Source: Clostridia bacterium
GTDB taxonomy: Bacteria; Bacillota; Clostridia; Oscillospirales; Acutalibacteraceae
Length of the DNA: 32,000 bases
Direction of reading: 5' to 3'
Assembly (NCBI GenBank): GCA_017435665.1
Contig: JAFSEP010000064.1
Span: 5,357-37,356, forward strand
In this document: positions 8,264-15,646 of the stretch, in pieces
Layout of the letters: every line of letters starts with the position of its first letter
Position numbering within the stretch: position 1 is the first letter of the stretch
Translations under genes and position numbers: made by a program
Notes under the pieces: model-generated
The model's database searches: none
What the model saw: only the letters and a program-made list of their open reading frames with translations
What the model was told of the DNA's origin: nothing

Positions 8264-9007
8264 ATGGCAACATATGATTATAGAAAAGGAAAAGAACGAG
8301 TTGAGTCAATATTAGACAATGATTTGACTGTAATTGAGCAAAACGAGGTGCCTAGTGATGAAGTATTTACATTTTCTAACGGTTATTATAGTTGGGTAAC
8401 GGGAGTGTTTGTCGACATTAGAGATTCCTCTACATTGTTTTCTGATGAAGATAAAGAGAAGGTATCAAAGGTTATTCGTAGTTTTACCTCTGAAGTTATT
8501 GAAATTTTAAGAAATGATGATAATTTAAGAGAAATAGGCATCCGTGGTGATTGTGTATATGCAATTTACACAACGCCTAAAAAATCGGCTATATTAGATG
8601 TTGCTGACAAAACATTCTATATTAATACATATATGGGAATGTTAAATAAACTGTTATCTGACCGTTCTCTTCCCAATATTAGTGTTGGCATTGGAATGTC
8701 CACTGCAAAAGAACTTGTTATAAAAGCTGGCAGAAAAAATGTTGGAATTAATAGTAAAGTATGGATAGGTAAAGCTGTAACAACAGCATCAAATCTATCA
8801 TCACTTGGTAATAAAAATGGGCGCAAAAGCTTAGTTTATTCTGTTTGCAGTTATAATAATTTCATTGAAGGATTAAAAGAAAGAAATAAAGATAAAAAAC
8901 CTGAAAGTTGGTTTACATATCATAATGATAGTAATGGCAAATATTATACGGCAAGTGTTGTAAAGAATGAGTTTGATAAGTGGATAACCAATGGTATGAA
9001 CGATTAA
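8264..9007 (+). CDS. Class III nucleotidyl cyclase-like protein (PycC-like), copy 2, paralog of 6918-7652
   Basis: I place the start at ATG 8264, with GAGGAGG 5 nt upstream, rather than the tracked 8219. Motifs are FVDIRDSS, IGIRGDCVYAIY, ISVGIGMSTAKELVIKAG and VWIGKAVTTASNL. It aligns with copy 1 over its full length at roughly 40 percent identity by eye. Shared blocks include IRSFxSExIxIL, REIGIRGDCVY, MLNKLL, GINxKxWIGKAV and FDKWI. Confidence 0.7.
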   Translation: MATYDYRKGKERVESILDNDLTVIEQNEVPSDEVFTFSNGYYSWVTGVFVDIRDSSTLFSDEDKEKVSKVIRSFTSEVIEILRNDDNLREIGIRGDCVYAIYTTPKKSAILDVADKTFYINTYMGMLNKLLSDRSLPNISVGIGMSTAKELVIKAGRKNVGINSKVWIGKAVTTASNLSSLGNKNGRKSLVYSVCSYNNFIEGLKERNKDKKPESWFTYHNDSNGKYYTASVVKNEFDKWITNGMND

Positions 9008-9029
9008 CTGAACTTTACCGCTTTAAAGC

Positions 9030-9058
9030 TTGACAATTAATTTATTATGTGCTACAAT
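9030..9058 (+). promoter_or_regulatory. Near-consensus sigma-A promoter (TTGACA - 17 nt - TACAAT) with no ORF behind it
   Basis: TTGACA is at 9030-9035, followed by a 17-nt spacer and TACAAT at 9053-9058. Confidence 0.6.
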
Positions 9059-9064
9059 TCATTT

Positions 9065-9300
9065 GCAATAGTAAAACAACAGAGTTTCAAGTGGCCCTGA
9101 AATTCACTTTGGGGAATGTTTGTCCCTCGTGATACTGTCCGTGATGCGATATTGTGATACCATATCTTAAAAGGGCGGTTTTGCACCCTCTGAAGCCCCT
9201 GTTTTACAGCGTTTTATAACAAATTTTTGCAAAACTAAGTGAGTGGGAATAAGAACCACAATCCCGAAACCCTTGATTTTACTGGGGTTTCGGGTGTTTT
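9065..9300 (+). ncRNA. Candidate unclassified small RNA or leader (about 235 nt) bounded by a consensus promoter and an intrinsic terminator
   Basis: The promoter at 9030-9058 and the terminator at 9263-9300 bracket a stretch with no credible ORF. Local hairpins are visible (aagtg...cactt, ggga...tccc), and gtgatac is repeated. I recognise no known riboswitch or T-box signature. Confidence 0.3.
9263..9300 (+). terminator. Rho-independent terminator
   Basis: CCCGAAACCC (9263-9272) pairs perfectly with GGGTTTCGGG (9285-9294). The loop is 12 nt and the stem is followed by TGTTTTT. Confidence 0.7.
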
Positions 9301-9346
9301 TGATGCTGCTTTTGATGTTATACTCATTTCCCGACTAACACAATAT

Positions 9347-9392
9347 CCCTCTGCCAAGTGTGCAACGCTTTGCAGAGGGACATCTTTTTTGT
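9347..9392 (+). terminator. Second rho-independent terminator
   Basis: CCCTCTGC (9347-9354) pairs with GCAGAGGG (9372-9379) and is followed by ACATCTTTTTTG. Confidence 0.6.
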
Positions 9393-9490
9393 ATGCTTGT
9401 GCCGGAATTTTATGTGAGCCTGTAAGCCGGTATTTTTCGGGGCTTGACTTTATACTCTCCGCCTCACCGCATAAATTTTAAAATAATTCA

Positions 9491-9519
9491 TTGACTAAAA
9501 CATCGGGTGATGATAAAAT
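9491..9519 (+). promoter_or_regulatory. Putative sigma-A promoter for the lipoprotein/uvrC genes
   Basis: TTGACT is at 9491-9496, followed by a 17-nt spacer and TAAAAT at 9514-9519. Confidence 0.5.
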
Positions 9520-9550
9520 TACCATATATATGTCCCGGAGGATTTATTAA

Positions 9551-10036
9551 ATGAAAAGAATTTTAACATTTGCAGTTTGTGCGGCGGTGTTCCTTTGCCT
9601 GCTTACCTCGTGCGGAGGCTCAAAAACATATGTTATAGCAACGGATAATCAGATGCAGCCATTCTGTTTCGTTGACGGTCAGGGGAATCCCATGGGCTTT
9701 GATGTCGATATAATAAAGGCTGTGGCTGAGAATACAGGCATCGAGATTGAATTGAAGCCTATGAGTCTGCTGGACGGCATTGAGGCACTGAAGGAGGGCA
9801 AGGTGGACGGCCTGATGGCTGCACTTATACCCTCAGACGAGATGATGCAGGATTTCGATTTCTCCGATATGTATTTTAATAATGAATATGCTTTTGCAGT
9901 TAAAAAGGGGAAAAATAAAAGACTGATTGAAAAGTTTAATGAAGGACTTTCGGCAATTACCGAAAGCGGAAAGTATAATGAGATTTACATCAGTAACTTC
10001 GGCGACGGAATTGACTATTTCGGCAGGGAGGACTGA
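9551..10036 (+). CDS. Lipoprotein resembling the N-terminal part of a family-3 amino-acid ABC substrate-binding protein (short, 161 aa)
   Basis: GGAGGA serves as RBS. The signal peptide with lipobox is LLTSCGG. The segment YVIATDNQMQPFCFVDGQGNPMGFDVDIIKAVAENTGIEIELKPMSLLDGIEALKEGKVDGLMAA is typical of SBP_bac_3. The protein is about 100 aa shorter than usual, and there are no adjacent permease or ATPase genes. Confidence 0.7.
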   Translation: MKRILTFAVCAAVFLCLLTSCGGSKTYVIATDNQMQPFCFVDGQGNPMGFDVDIIKAVAENTGIEIELKPMSLLDGIEALKEGKVDGLMAALIPSDEMMQDFDFSDMYFNNEYAFAVKKGKNKRLIEKFNEGLSAITESGKYNEIYISNFGDGIDYFGRED

Positions 10037-10060
10037 TTGATATAAACGGGAGGGATTACT

Positions 10061-11893
10061 GTGAATGATAAGCTGTCTGAGCTCAGAAAGAAGGCTATGA
10101 ATTTACCGCTTAATCCCGGTGTTTATATTATGAAAAACAAAAGCAGGGAAATTATTTATATAGGCAAGGCTAAGGTGCTTAAAAACAGAGTCAGCCAGTA
10201 TTTCGGCTCACAGAATAACCACAGCACCAAGGTCAGAAAAATGGTGGATAAGGTTGACGATTTTGACTATATCCTCACAGACAGCGAGTTTGAAGCACTC
10301 GTGCTTGAATGCAGTCTCATAAAGCAGCATATGCCTAAATATAACATTCTTCTCAAGGATGACAAGGGTTACAGCTATGTGAAAATAACCAAAGGACCTT
10401 GGGGCAAAATATCGGCCTGCTTCAGAAAAGACGACGATAACGCCGTATATCTCGGTCCCTTTACCTCAGGATACAGTATGCGTGCCACGGTGGAGGAGAC
10501 AAACAAAATCTATAAGCTTTATACCTGCAACAGAAAATTTCCACGTGATTTAGGAAAGGGGAGACCTTGCCTTAACTATTTTATAGGTCAGTGCTGTGCT
10601 CCCTGCAGAGGAAAAATTACCCCTGAGGAATACGAAGAAAACCTTAGAGATGCCGTTGAGTTTCTCAAGGGCGGACAGGGTCAGCAGGTTAAGAGACTCC
10701 GTGAGCTTATGGAGGAATACAGTGAAAACCTTGAATTTGAAAAGGCGGCAAAAATCCGTGACAGAATAAATTCTATGGAAAAAATTTATTCCGATAAGCA
10801 GAAGGTTGTGTCGTCTCTTATAAAGCATCAGGATGTTTTTGCCATAGTCAGCGCAGAGGAGAAGGCTTGTCTGCATATCCTGAGATTTAACAAGGGTGTG
10901 CTTTATGACAGTGAGGACTTCATTTTCGATGCAGAGGATGACCTGCCTTCCGTCAGATATGAGCTTATTATGAATTTTTATTCTCTCGGACGTGAGGTGC
11001 CGCCGAGAATTACCGTTGACGGCGAGGTTGAAAGCGATGAGATACTTTCACAATGGCTCAGCGAAAAAGCAGGACGAAAGGTAGTTATCGGTACCGTGCA
11101 GAAAGGCGAGCAGGCATCGCTTATGGCTATGTGCAGAAAGAATGCCGCTGAAAAGCTGGCTCAGTATCTTGGCAGAAAAGGAAAAGAAACAAATGCTCTT
11201 GATGAGCTGAAAACCTTGCTGGGCTTGCCGAAAATTCCCGAATATATTGAGTCGTACGATATATCCCACACAGCGGGAAGCGATAACGTTGCAGGTATGG
11301 TTGTATTCAGGAACGGGCTTCCCTATAAGAAAGCATACAAGCGCTTTAGTATAAAGGGCTTCAGCGGTCAGGACGATTACGGTTCAATGCGTGAGGTTCT
11401 TGACAGACGCTTTGCCCGTTATGCTGATGAAACCGAAACGGATGAAGGCTTCAAGGCTCTGCCTGATCTTATTCTCCTTGACGGTGGCGAGGGACAGGTA
11501 AATGCAGTTAAACCCGTTCTTGAAAAATACGGTCTGGATATACCGCTGTTCGGTATGGTGAAGGACGGTAAGCATAAAACACGGGCTATAACGGCAAACG
11601 GAAGCGAGATTTCAATCACATCAAAAAGGCAGGCGTTTACTCTTGTGTCAAATCTGCAGGAGGAGGTTCACCGTTACGCCATAACCTATCACAAGAAAAA
11701 GCATACTGCTTCTGCTCTTGAAACAAGGCTTACGGGCATTGAGGGCATCGGAAAGAAAAAGGCAGATTTGCTTATAAAGCATTTTAAGACAGTGAAAGCC
11801 ATAGCCTCGGCTGACGAGGAGACATTGGCGCAGATTAAGGGTATATCAAGGGAAAATGCCCGTAAAATATATGAGTTTTTCAGGGAGGATTAA
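10061..11893 (+). CDS. uvrC: Excinuclease ABC subunit C
   Basis: 610 aa with a GTG start after GGGAGGG. The GIY-YIG N-terminus is PGVYIMKNKSREIIYIGKAKVLKNRVSQYF. It has a UVR domain (EFEKAAKIRDRINSME), an Endo V-like nuclease region (YDISHTAGSDNVAGMVVF) and a C-terminal HhH (GIEGIGKKKADLLIKHF). Confidence 0.95.
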   Translation: MNDKLSELRKKAMNLPLNPGVYIMKNKSREIIYIGKAKVLKNRVSQYFGSQNNHSTKVRKMVDKVDDFDYILTDSEFEALVLECSLIKQHMPKYNILLKDDKGYSYVKITKGPWGKISACFRKDDDNAVYLGPFTSGYSMRATVEETNKIYKLYTCNRKFPRDLGKGRPCLNYFIGQCCAPCRGKITPEEYEENLRDAVEFLKGGQGQQVKRLRELMEEYSENLEFEKAAKIRDRINSMEKIYSDKQKVVSSLIKHQDVFAIVSAEEKACLHILRFNKGVLYDSEDFIFDAEDDLPSVRYELIMNFYSLGREVPPRITVDGEVESDEILSQWLSEKAGRKVVIGTVQKGEQASLMAMCRKNAAEKLAQYLGRKGKETNALDELKTLLGLPKIPEYIESYDISHTAGSDNVAGMVVFRNGLPYKKAYKRFSIKGFSGQDDYGSMREVLDRRFARYADETETDEGFKALPDLILLDGGEGQVNAVKPVLEKYGLDIPLFGMVKDGKHKTRAITANGSEISITSKRQAFTLVSNLQEEVHRYAITYHKKKHTASALETRLTGIEGIGKKKADLLIKHFKTVKAIASADEETLAQIKGISRENARKIYEFFRED

Positions 11894-11896
11894 AAT

Positions 11897-13330
11897 ATGG
11901 GAAACAAAGCAAGATTTGCAGTATTGACCGATTTACATTACTTTTCACCGAGCCTTACGGACGGCGGCAGAGCATATCAGCTCAGAAGCGGCTCTGACCA
12001 GAAGTGCCTTCTTGAATCGGGAGCAATTATTGATAAGGCCTTCACTATGCTCGCCGGTGACGAAACAATTGACAGCGTTCTTATCTGCGGTGATATTACC
12101 GATGACGGTGAAACGGTATGTCACGAGGAAATGGTCGAAAAGCTCAGATTTCTCAATAAGTATAAGAATGTTTATGTAATTACGGCTACACATGACAGAT
12201 GCACCGACGGTAATGCCAAAACCTATTTCGGTGATGAATATCAGCATCTTGAGGACACTGCAGATGCTGACGATATGTATAAGTATTACAGGAAATTCGG
12301 CATAGATCAGGCTATATCAACATACAAGACACATCTGGGTCTTTATTCATATGTTGTAAAGCTCTGCGACGGCTTCCGTCTTCTCGGTCTCAATGACGAC
12401 TCAAACGGCGTTAACGGCTCAGGCTATTCTCCCGAGCATATGCAGTGGATTGTTGAGCAGCTTCAGCAGGCGAAAAAGGAGGGTGACCGTGTTGTAGCAA
12501 TGCAGCACCACGTTGTGCTGGGCCATTACGTGCCCTTCCTTACGGGTATGGGTATCTGCTGCCGTGACAGAGAATGGGTTGCGGAAACCTTTGCTTCTAA
12601 CGGCGTAGAGGCTCTTTTTGTGGGACATTCTCACTTCCAGAATATAACCGAATATACGGCTGAAAACGGAAACAGATTGGTTCAGGCCAATATCGGCTCA
12701 CTTGTGGGTCATCCGGGTCCTATATTCAAGGTCAATATTGATGATGACTATATTTCGATGAACACCGAATACGTTAAGGAATTTACCTTTGAGGGCAAGA
12801 CGTATAACACAGAATACCTCTATGAGCATTCAAAGGGCGTCGTGGCAAACCTGCTCAATGCGGCGGCATCGGGTGATGTTGACGAGTTTGTTGCAAGATG
12901 CGGTGCTATGGGGATCAGGAATGAGAAGCTTCCAAAGTTTTATTTCCTTATAAAGAAGCTCGCAAGGTATATTACCACGGTAAACGTAGGCTCATTTGCA
13001 AAGACCGTCAACAGACTTACCTTCGGCAAGGGAATAGATAAGACTGCGGCAAAGCAGATTGCAGATAAAAAGGTAATAGACATTGCCTATGAAATTTTCC
13101 TTAACCTTTTTGACGGCGGCATCAATGCTCACAAGAAGGGGACACCTACATATACGGTGGTTTCCGATTTCATTTCCATACCGGGCAAGATTGTGAACAA
13201 GCTGGGCTTTGTCCCCGATAATGTGAAATCAATTCTCACGGAAATAACGGAGCTGGTCCACTTACTTATGGACGACAATATTGACAATAACTATTATCGG
13301 GCAAGGTGTACAAAGCTTATCGAAAAATGA
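11897..13330 (+). CDS. Metallophosphoesterase family protein (477 aa)
   Basis: Calcineurin-like motifs are present: LTDLH, GDITDDGE, MQHH and GHSHFQ. The RBS is AGGGAGGA. It lies 3 nt after the uvrC stop. Confidence 0.85.
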   Translation: MGNKARFAVLTDLHYFSPSLTDGGRAYQLRSGSDQKCLLESGAIIDKAFTMLAGDETIDSVLICGDITDDGETVCHEEMVEKLRFLNKYKNVYVITATHDRCTDGNAKTYFGDEYQHLEDTADADDMYKYYRKFGIDQAISTYKTHLGLYSYVVKLCDGFRLLGLNDDSNGVNGSGYSPEHMQWIVEQLQQAKKEGDRVVAMQHHVVLGHYVPFLTGMGICCRDREWVAETFASNGVEALFVGHSHFQNITEYTAENGNRLVQANIGSLVGHPGPIFKVNIDDDYISMNTEYVKEFTFEGKTYNTEYLYEHSKGVVANLLNAAASGDVDEFVARCGAMGIRNEKLPKFYFLIKKLARYITTVNVGSFAKTVNRLTFGKGIDKTAAKQIADKKVIDIAYEIFLNLFDGGINAHKKGTPTYTVVSDFISIPGKIVNKLGFVPDNVKSILTEITELVHLLMDDNIDNNYYRARCTKLIEK

Positions 13331-13347
13331 GTTTTTGATTATTATTG

Positions 13348-13376
13348 TTGATTTACGTCGTTTTTTGTGATATAAT
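13348..13376 (+). promoter_or_regulatory. Putative promoter with extended -10 for the XRE regulator
   Basis: TTGATT is at 13348-13353, followed by a 17-nt spacer ending in TGa and TATAAT at 13371-13376. Confidence 0.55.
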
Positions 13377-13409
13377 TATTTTCACAAAAAGTTTGAGGAG
13401 AATGTGAAA

Positions 13410-13769
13410 ATGGCGAACGAAATAATCATAGAAAGGCTCAAAAGTGCCAGAAAAAAATACGGATATACACAGAAGAACGTGGCTGAAATTCTCAAGATTA
13501 AAAGATCTACTTATGCAAAGTATGAAAACGGTCAGGCTGTTCCGCCTGCTGATATCTTTATCCGTCTTGCAACCATGTACGGTATACACGTCGATTACCT
13601 TATCGGCAGAGATGCCTACGCCAAGGAGATTATGAGCGACTCAGCCGCCGATACCGAAGACAAAATTAAATTCTTCAATTATTTTATGGCTATGACTGAG
13701 GAACAGAGAAACGATACTCTCAGGCATATGGAGGAGCTTATGAATAAGGAAGGCTCCGATGCAGAATAA
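13410..13769 (+). CDS. XRE-family helix-turn-helix transcriptional regulator
   Basis: The Cro/C1-type HTH is YTQKNVAEILKIKRSTYAKYENGQAVPPADIFIRLATMYGIHVDYLIG. ATG 13410 lies 9 nt after GAGGAG, so I prefer it over the tracked GTG at 13404. Confidence 0.85.
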   Translation: MANEIIIERLKSARKKYGYTQKNVAEILKIKRSTYAKYENGQAVPPADIFIRLATMYGIHVDYLIGRDAYAKEIMSDSAADTEDKIKFFNYFMAMTEEQRNDTLRHMEELMNKEGSDAE

Positions 13770-13774
13770 AGAAT

Positions 13775-13820
13775 ATATGCAGCTACCCTGCGTTTGTATA
13801 AGGTAGCTGCATATTTTTTG
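13775..13820. terminator. Bidirectional intrinsic terminator between convergent genes
   Basis: ATATGCAGCTACC (13775-13787) pairs perfectly with GGTAGCTGCATAT (13802-13814) and is followed by TTTTTT. An A-rich run upstream could serve the minus strand. Confidence 0.8.
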
Positions 13821-13821
13821 T

Positions 13822-14088
13822 TCAGATATTTTCTATGATATTAAGAAACAGCAGAGAGATGCTTCCGCAGGAGCCCAGAAGGGTGCAGACAAGAAGTGAA
13901 AAAGTGTTAACCGATATGCTGACTCCCGTAAGAAAGGAGAGAAGATTGACAGCAAAAAGTGAACCTATACCCGACAGAGCAGAAACGAAGAAGGATTTGA
14001 AGAAGTGCCCCGAGCTGAGCATAACGGCAAGAGATATAATTGCCGCAAGTCCCATTACCATACAGATTATCAAGGAATATTCAGGCAT
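13822..14088 (-). CDS. bofA: BofA-like pro-sigma-K processing inhibitor (small membrane protein, 88 aa)
   Basis: I use the internal Met (MPEYSLIICMVMGLAAIISLAV...) of the tracked 145-aa ORF. It is a two-TM small protein whose GSLFAVNLLSFLTGVSISVNTFSLLVCTLLGSCGSISLLFL segment resembles B. subtilis BofA. It lies immediately downstream of a YaaL-like gene, as in Bacillus. Confidence 0.65.
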   Translation of the reverse strand: MPEYSLIICMVMGLAAIISLAVMLSSGHFFKSFFVSALSGIGSLFAVNLLSFLTGVSISVNTFSLLVCTLLGSCGSISLLFLNIIENI

Positions 14089-14347
14089 CGTCTTTTTTGC
14101 CGTATGCACCGAATATTTCTCTGCAGGAATGAAGCTTGCTTTCCTTTGCTTTTTTGATAAGAAAGCTCTGCCTTGCCTTGAGTGACTGGAGCTGATAAAT
14201 ACAGGACTCCAGCAAATCCTCGTCAGTCTGATTCTGGAAAAGGTCATAAATTCTGTCAATTTCCTCCTGAGTCTGCCTGAGCTCTGATTTAATGATTTCG
14301 TCGGTGCTGACTGCTTCCTTTATCAAAGGCAAAATTTTCAAACGCAT
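14081..14347 (-). CDS. YaaL-like DUF2508 protein (88 aa)
   Basis: I use the internal Met (MRLKILPLIKEAV...), which has AAAGGAGG 8 nt upstream. It is a helical small protein (ELRQTQEEIDRIYDLFQNQTDEDLLESCIYQLQSLKARQSFLIKKAKE). It overlaps the bofA start by 8 nt, which recalls yaaL-bofA synteny. Confidence 0.55.
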   Translation of the reverse strand: MRLKILPLIKEAVSTDEIIKSELRQTQEEIDRIYDLFQNQTDEDLLESCIYQLQSLKARQSFLIKKAKESKLHSCREIFGAYGKKDDA

Positions 14348-14453
14348 ACCGCATACCTCCTTTTTGTAATTATCGGAATGTATTACCATTTTTATTCTTA
14401 CGTATTGAACTTTATGAGAAAATCTGATAAAATCAATCCGAGGAGATGATATT

Positions 14454-15410
14454 ATGTATGCGTTCAAGCTGACTCCTGCCATTAAGGATTATATCTGGGG
14501 CGGAAACAGACTTACAACTGAATTTGACTACGTTTCTTTTCTTGACAGACAGGCAGAGGCGTGGGTGCTTTCCTGTCATAAGGACGGGGAAAACATAATT
14601 GAAAACGGTGAATTTGAAGGCAGAAGCCTTCAGGAAATAATCAAAGAGCATCCTGAATATATGGGAGAAAACGGCAGAAATAAAGAGGATTTTCCCATAC
14701 TTATCAAGCTCATTGACGCAAAGGACAATCTTTCCGTTCAGGTGCATCCCGATGAGGAATATGCGCAGAGAGTGGAAGGGGAGCACGGCAAAACAGAAGC
14801 CTGGTATATACTTGACAACGATGAGGGTGCAGAGCTTATCTTCGGCTTTTCCGAAGATATAACAAAGGAAGAATTCAGAGAAGCCATAGAGAGTAATACT
14901 CTTACTGAAAAGGTCAACAGAGTAAAGGTGAAGAAGGGTGACCTGTTCTTTATTGAAGCGGGTACTCTCCACGCTATCGGAAAGGGCATACTTCTTGCAG
15001 AGGTTCAGCAGAATTCAAACACAACCTACCGGGTTTACGATTACGGAAGACTTCAGAACGGTAAACCCAGAGAGCTTCATATTGAAAAAGCCATAGAGGT
15101 AACAAGCTGCAAAAAAAGCGTTGTTTCTTCAGACAGCATTTCCGTTAAGGAGAACGAGCACTATACCGAAACACTTCTTTCAAGCTGCGACATATTCGTT
15201 TTTTCGAGAATTGATGTTAAGGATGAGGCTTCGTTCACGGCAGACGGGGATAGCTTTGTTTCTCTTGTATGTATAGACGGAAACGGCGTTCTTGAATACG
15301 GCGAAGAAACGGTAACCTTATATAAGGGTGACAGTCTGTTTTTGCCTGCAGGCCTGGGTGAATACAGACTTCTCGGGGAAATAAGTGTTCTTGAAACAAA
15401 AATCCCTTGA
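14454..15410 (+). CDS. manA: Mannose-6-phosphate isomerase, class I (Firmicutes type)
   Basis: Supporting motifs are KDYIWGG, LSVQVHPDEEYA, GKTEAWYIL and AGTLHAIGKGILLAEVQQNSNTTYRVYDY. The RBS is GAGGAG. Confidence 0.9.
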   Translation: MYAFKLTPAIKDYIWGGNRLTTEFDYVSFLDRQAEAWVLSCHKDGENIIENGEFEGRSLQEIIKEHPEYMGENGRNKEDFPILIKLIDAKDNLSVQVHPDEEYAQRVEGEHGKTEAWYILDNDEGAELIFGFSEDITKEEFREAIESNTLTEKVNRVKVKKGDLFFIEAGTLHAIGKGILLAEVQQNSNTTYRVYDYGRLQNGKPRELHIEKAIEVTSCKKSVVSSDSISVKENEHYTETLLSSCDIFVFSRIDVKDEASFTADGDSFVSLVCIDGNGVLEYGEETVTLYKGDSLFLPAGLGEYRLLGEISVLETKIP

Positions 15411-15435
15411 CATACATATATTGCTGATGTATAAT
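15407..15435 (+). promoter_or_regulatory. Consensus sigma-A promoter for the FMN riboswitch-ribU unit
   Basis: TTGACA is at 15407-15412 (overlapping the manA stop), followed by a 17-nt spacer and TATAAT at 15430-15435. Confidence 0.65.
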
Positions 15436-15443
15436 GAGCGTAA

Positions 15444-15614
15444 CAACTTCAGGGCGGAGTGAAATTCTCCACCGGTGGTAATGACGAAAGTTTAGCCCAC
15501 GAGCGAAAGCATGATTTCGGTGCGATTCCGAAGCCGACGGTAAAGTCCGGACGAAAGAAGAAATATCACGGTATTTTTCAATGCGTCCTGTTGTTTTTAC
15601 GGGGCGCATTTTTG
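15444..15614 (+). promoter_or_regulatory. FMN riboswitch (RFN element) with terminator expression platform
   Basis: The sequence AGGGCGGAGTGAAATTCTCCACCGGTGGTAA...AGCCCACGAGCG...GGTGCGATTCCGAAGCCGACGGTAAAGTCCGGACGAAAGAAG matches the conserved RFN core. The terminator stem at 15581-15609 (ATGCGTCC/GGGGCGCAT) is followed by TTTTT. Confidence 0.9.
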
Positions 15615-15646
15615 CTTCGTAAATCAAACATACGGAGGAAGTTATT

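Noticed and set aside
9065-9300. Possibility that the junction RNA is a T-box leader for the downstream amino-acid-binding lipoprotein
   Set aside because: I found no T-box sequence (AAnnnGGGTGGTACCGCG-like), specifier-loop or AG-bulge signatures. The lipoprotein gene also has its own promoter at 9491-9519, downstream of two terminators.
9239-9481. Tracked 80-aa ORF in the island/chromosome junction
   Set aside because: It has a GTG start with no RBS. It reads straight through two intrinsic terminator hairpins (9263-9300 and 9347-9392) and has no recognisable motifs. It is more likely non-coding.
13835-14185. 116-aa plus-strand ORF
   Set aside because: It is antisense to the BofA-like and YaaL-like genes. 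It starts inside the terminator region and has a charged, low-complexity composition.
14433-14972. 179-aa minus-strand ORF overlapping manA
   Set aside because: It lies entirely antisense to a well-supported manA with canonical PMI motifs and has no RBS or motifs.
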